Assembly: GCA_948938605.1 (NCBI GenBank)
Contig: CARAIG010000086.1
Coordinates: 7,931-71,930, forward strand
Origin: an uncultured Eubacteriales bacterium
GTDB taxonomy: Bacteria > Bacillota > Clostridia > Christensenellales > CAG-314
Direction: 5' to 3'
DNA length: 64,000 nt
In this document: one piece after another, positions 63,151 to 64,000 of the stretch
Layout: each line of letters starts with the position of its first letter
Position numbering within the stretch: the first letter of the stretch is position 1
Translations under genes and position numbers: made by a program
The notes under the pieces: model-generated
What the model was told of the DNA's origin: nothing
The model's input: the letters and a program-made list of their open reading frames with translations, nothing else
The model's database searches: none

Positions 63151-64000
63151 TTACATTTCGTAATCGATTATTACTTTTATATTGTTTTTAGCGTCGCAAG
63201 CGGCTTTCATTGCTTCTATAAAATCTGTATGTTTAAATTTTTTGGTTACAATAGTTTTGATGGGTGTCTTTTCCTTTGTTATATGGTCTATAACTTCGAG
63301 AATAGTGTCTGTGACATAGCCTTTGGACGAAGTTAATGTGGGTTGGTACATTATAAAAATGTTGGGATTCAATACTAAATCTTTATGGTAAACGGCAACA
63401 ATAACATACTTTGTTTCCCACTTGGACAAATTAAACATTTGTTGCAATAAAGGTACTGCTCCCGCACAGTCTACTACTAAATCGATATTAGGTTTTTTAG
63501 CGTCGAACGACATATTTGCATTTTGTGCAAATTCTACAACTTGTTGTAATAAATACGGATCTAAATCGGCGGGATTAAACGGAGCTCCTTGCGGAACCTC
63601 ACCGCAGTATTCCAATAATTTTGTAAGTAGGTCTTCGGTGGAAGTATTGATTGTTTTTGCTCCCAGTTGTGCGGCTTTGGCAAGTCTCCAATCAACTTGG
63701 TCTATTACGATTACGTTTTTAGCGCCCCTTGCCAACAATCCTGCCGCTGCCGATAAGCCGATTGTGCCTGCTCCTAAAATTACAACATTGTCGTTTAAAT
63801 CGGGGTTAAGGCGCGTCGCTCCGCGCGTACCTACGCTTACGGGTTCGATTAATGCAGCCGTGTCAAGGTCGATATTTTTGTTAAGTATGTAAATATTGCG
63901 GTTTATTTCTGCGTTTTCAACCTTAACGTATTCGGAAAAAGCTCCCAACATATCCGCTTCGAAACTTCCGGATTTGTGCGCTTGCATAGGATCTACGAAA
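63151..64000 (-). CDS. zinc-type medium-chain dehydrogenase/reductase (sorbitol/threonine dehydrogenase-like); the 5' end lies beyond the window
   Basis: GAGTIGLSAAAGLLARGAKNVIVID Rossmann motif. The frame stays open upstream of the first Met to position 64000, and the N-terminal catalytic domain is missing. Confidence 0.75.
   Translation of the reverse strand, partial: FVDPMQAHKSGSFEADMLGAFSEYVKVENAEINRNIYILNKNIDLDTAALIEPVSVGTRGATRLNPDLNDNVVILGAGTIGLSAAAGLLARGAKNVIVIDQVDWRLAKAAQLGAKTINTSTEDLLTKLLEYCGEVPQGAPFNPADLDPYLLQQVVEFAQNANMSFDAKKPNIDLVVDCAGAVPLLQQMFNLSKWETKYVIVAVYHKDLVLNPNIFIMYQPTLTSSKGYVTDTILEVIDHITKEKTPIKTIVTKKFKHTDFIEAMKAACDAKNNIKVIIDYEM

Overview
The window looks like a core chromosomal segment of a low-to-moderate-GC Bacillota (Clostridia-like) genome. 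Supporting signs are CCA-encoded tRNAs, GGAGG Shine-Dalgarno sites, many lipobox lipoproteins, and tilS-hpt and rpsF-ssb-rpsR synteny. I call about 54 protein genes.

Housekeeping genes: tsaD, ung, rpsF-ssb-rpsR, rsmA, tilS, hpt, leuS, cysK, trpS, nrdD, and a trxB-like gene.

Envelope and carbohydrate genes: cls, an amidase, an M14 peptidase, a GH3 beta-glucosidase, a mutarotase and a pullulanase.

Small regulators: three XRE, one MarR and one PadR.

RNA genes: a four-tRNA cluster (Met-Glu-Val-fMet) on the minus strand.

I saw no transposase, integrase, CRISPR array, rRNA or recognisable defence genes.

The parts I consider most worth follow-up:
1. A 7-kb four-gene operon (40564-47586). One 828-aa protein fuses two polytopic membrane modules, one of them YwaF/TMEM164-like, to an ABC ATPase. 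It is followed by a polytopic (at least 12 TM helices) partner, an anchored Ig-like protein and a large lipoprotein. Tandem palindromic operators and a terminator-like leader hairpin lie upstream.
2. A class III ribonucleotide reductase with a C-terminally fused CxxC redoxin domain. The next gene is a thioredoxin-reductase-like flavoprotein that lacks the NADPH HRRxxxR motif. No NrdG is nearby.
3. Several families of dispersed intergenic repeats: a ~122-bp MITE-like element with TAAGCCCGTA termini that abuts stop codons, GTCAT-type hairpins with covarying stems, and an inverted repeat bracketing a P-type ATPase gene.
4. A tRNA-fMet locus with one intact copy and two decayed copies.
5. A trpS-linked operon encoding a DUF5685-like protein, an HPD-less J-like protein with a Cys-rich tail, and a membrane protein.

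All calls come from reading the sequence and the supplied translations. No searches or computed statistics were available, and family names are recalled from motifs.
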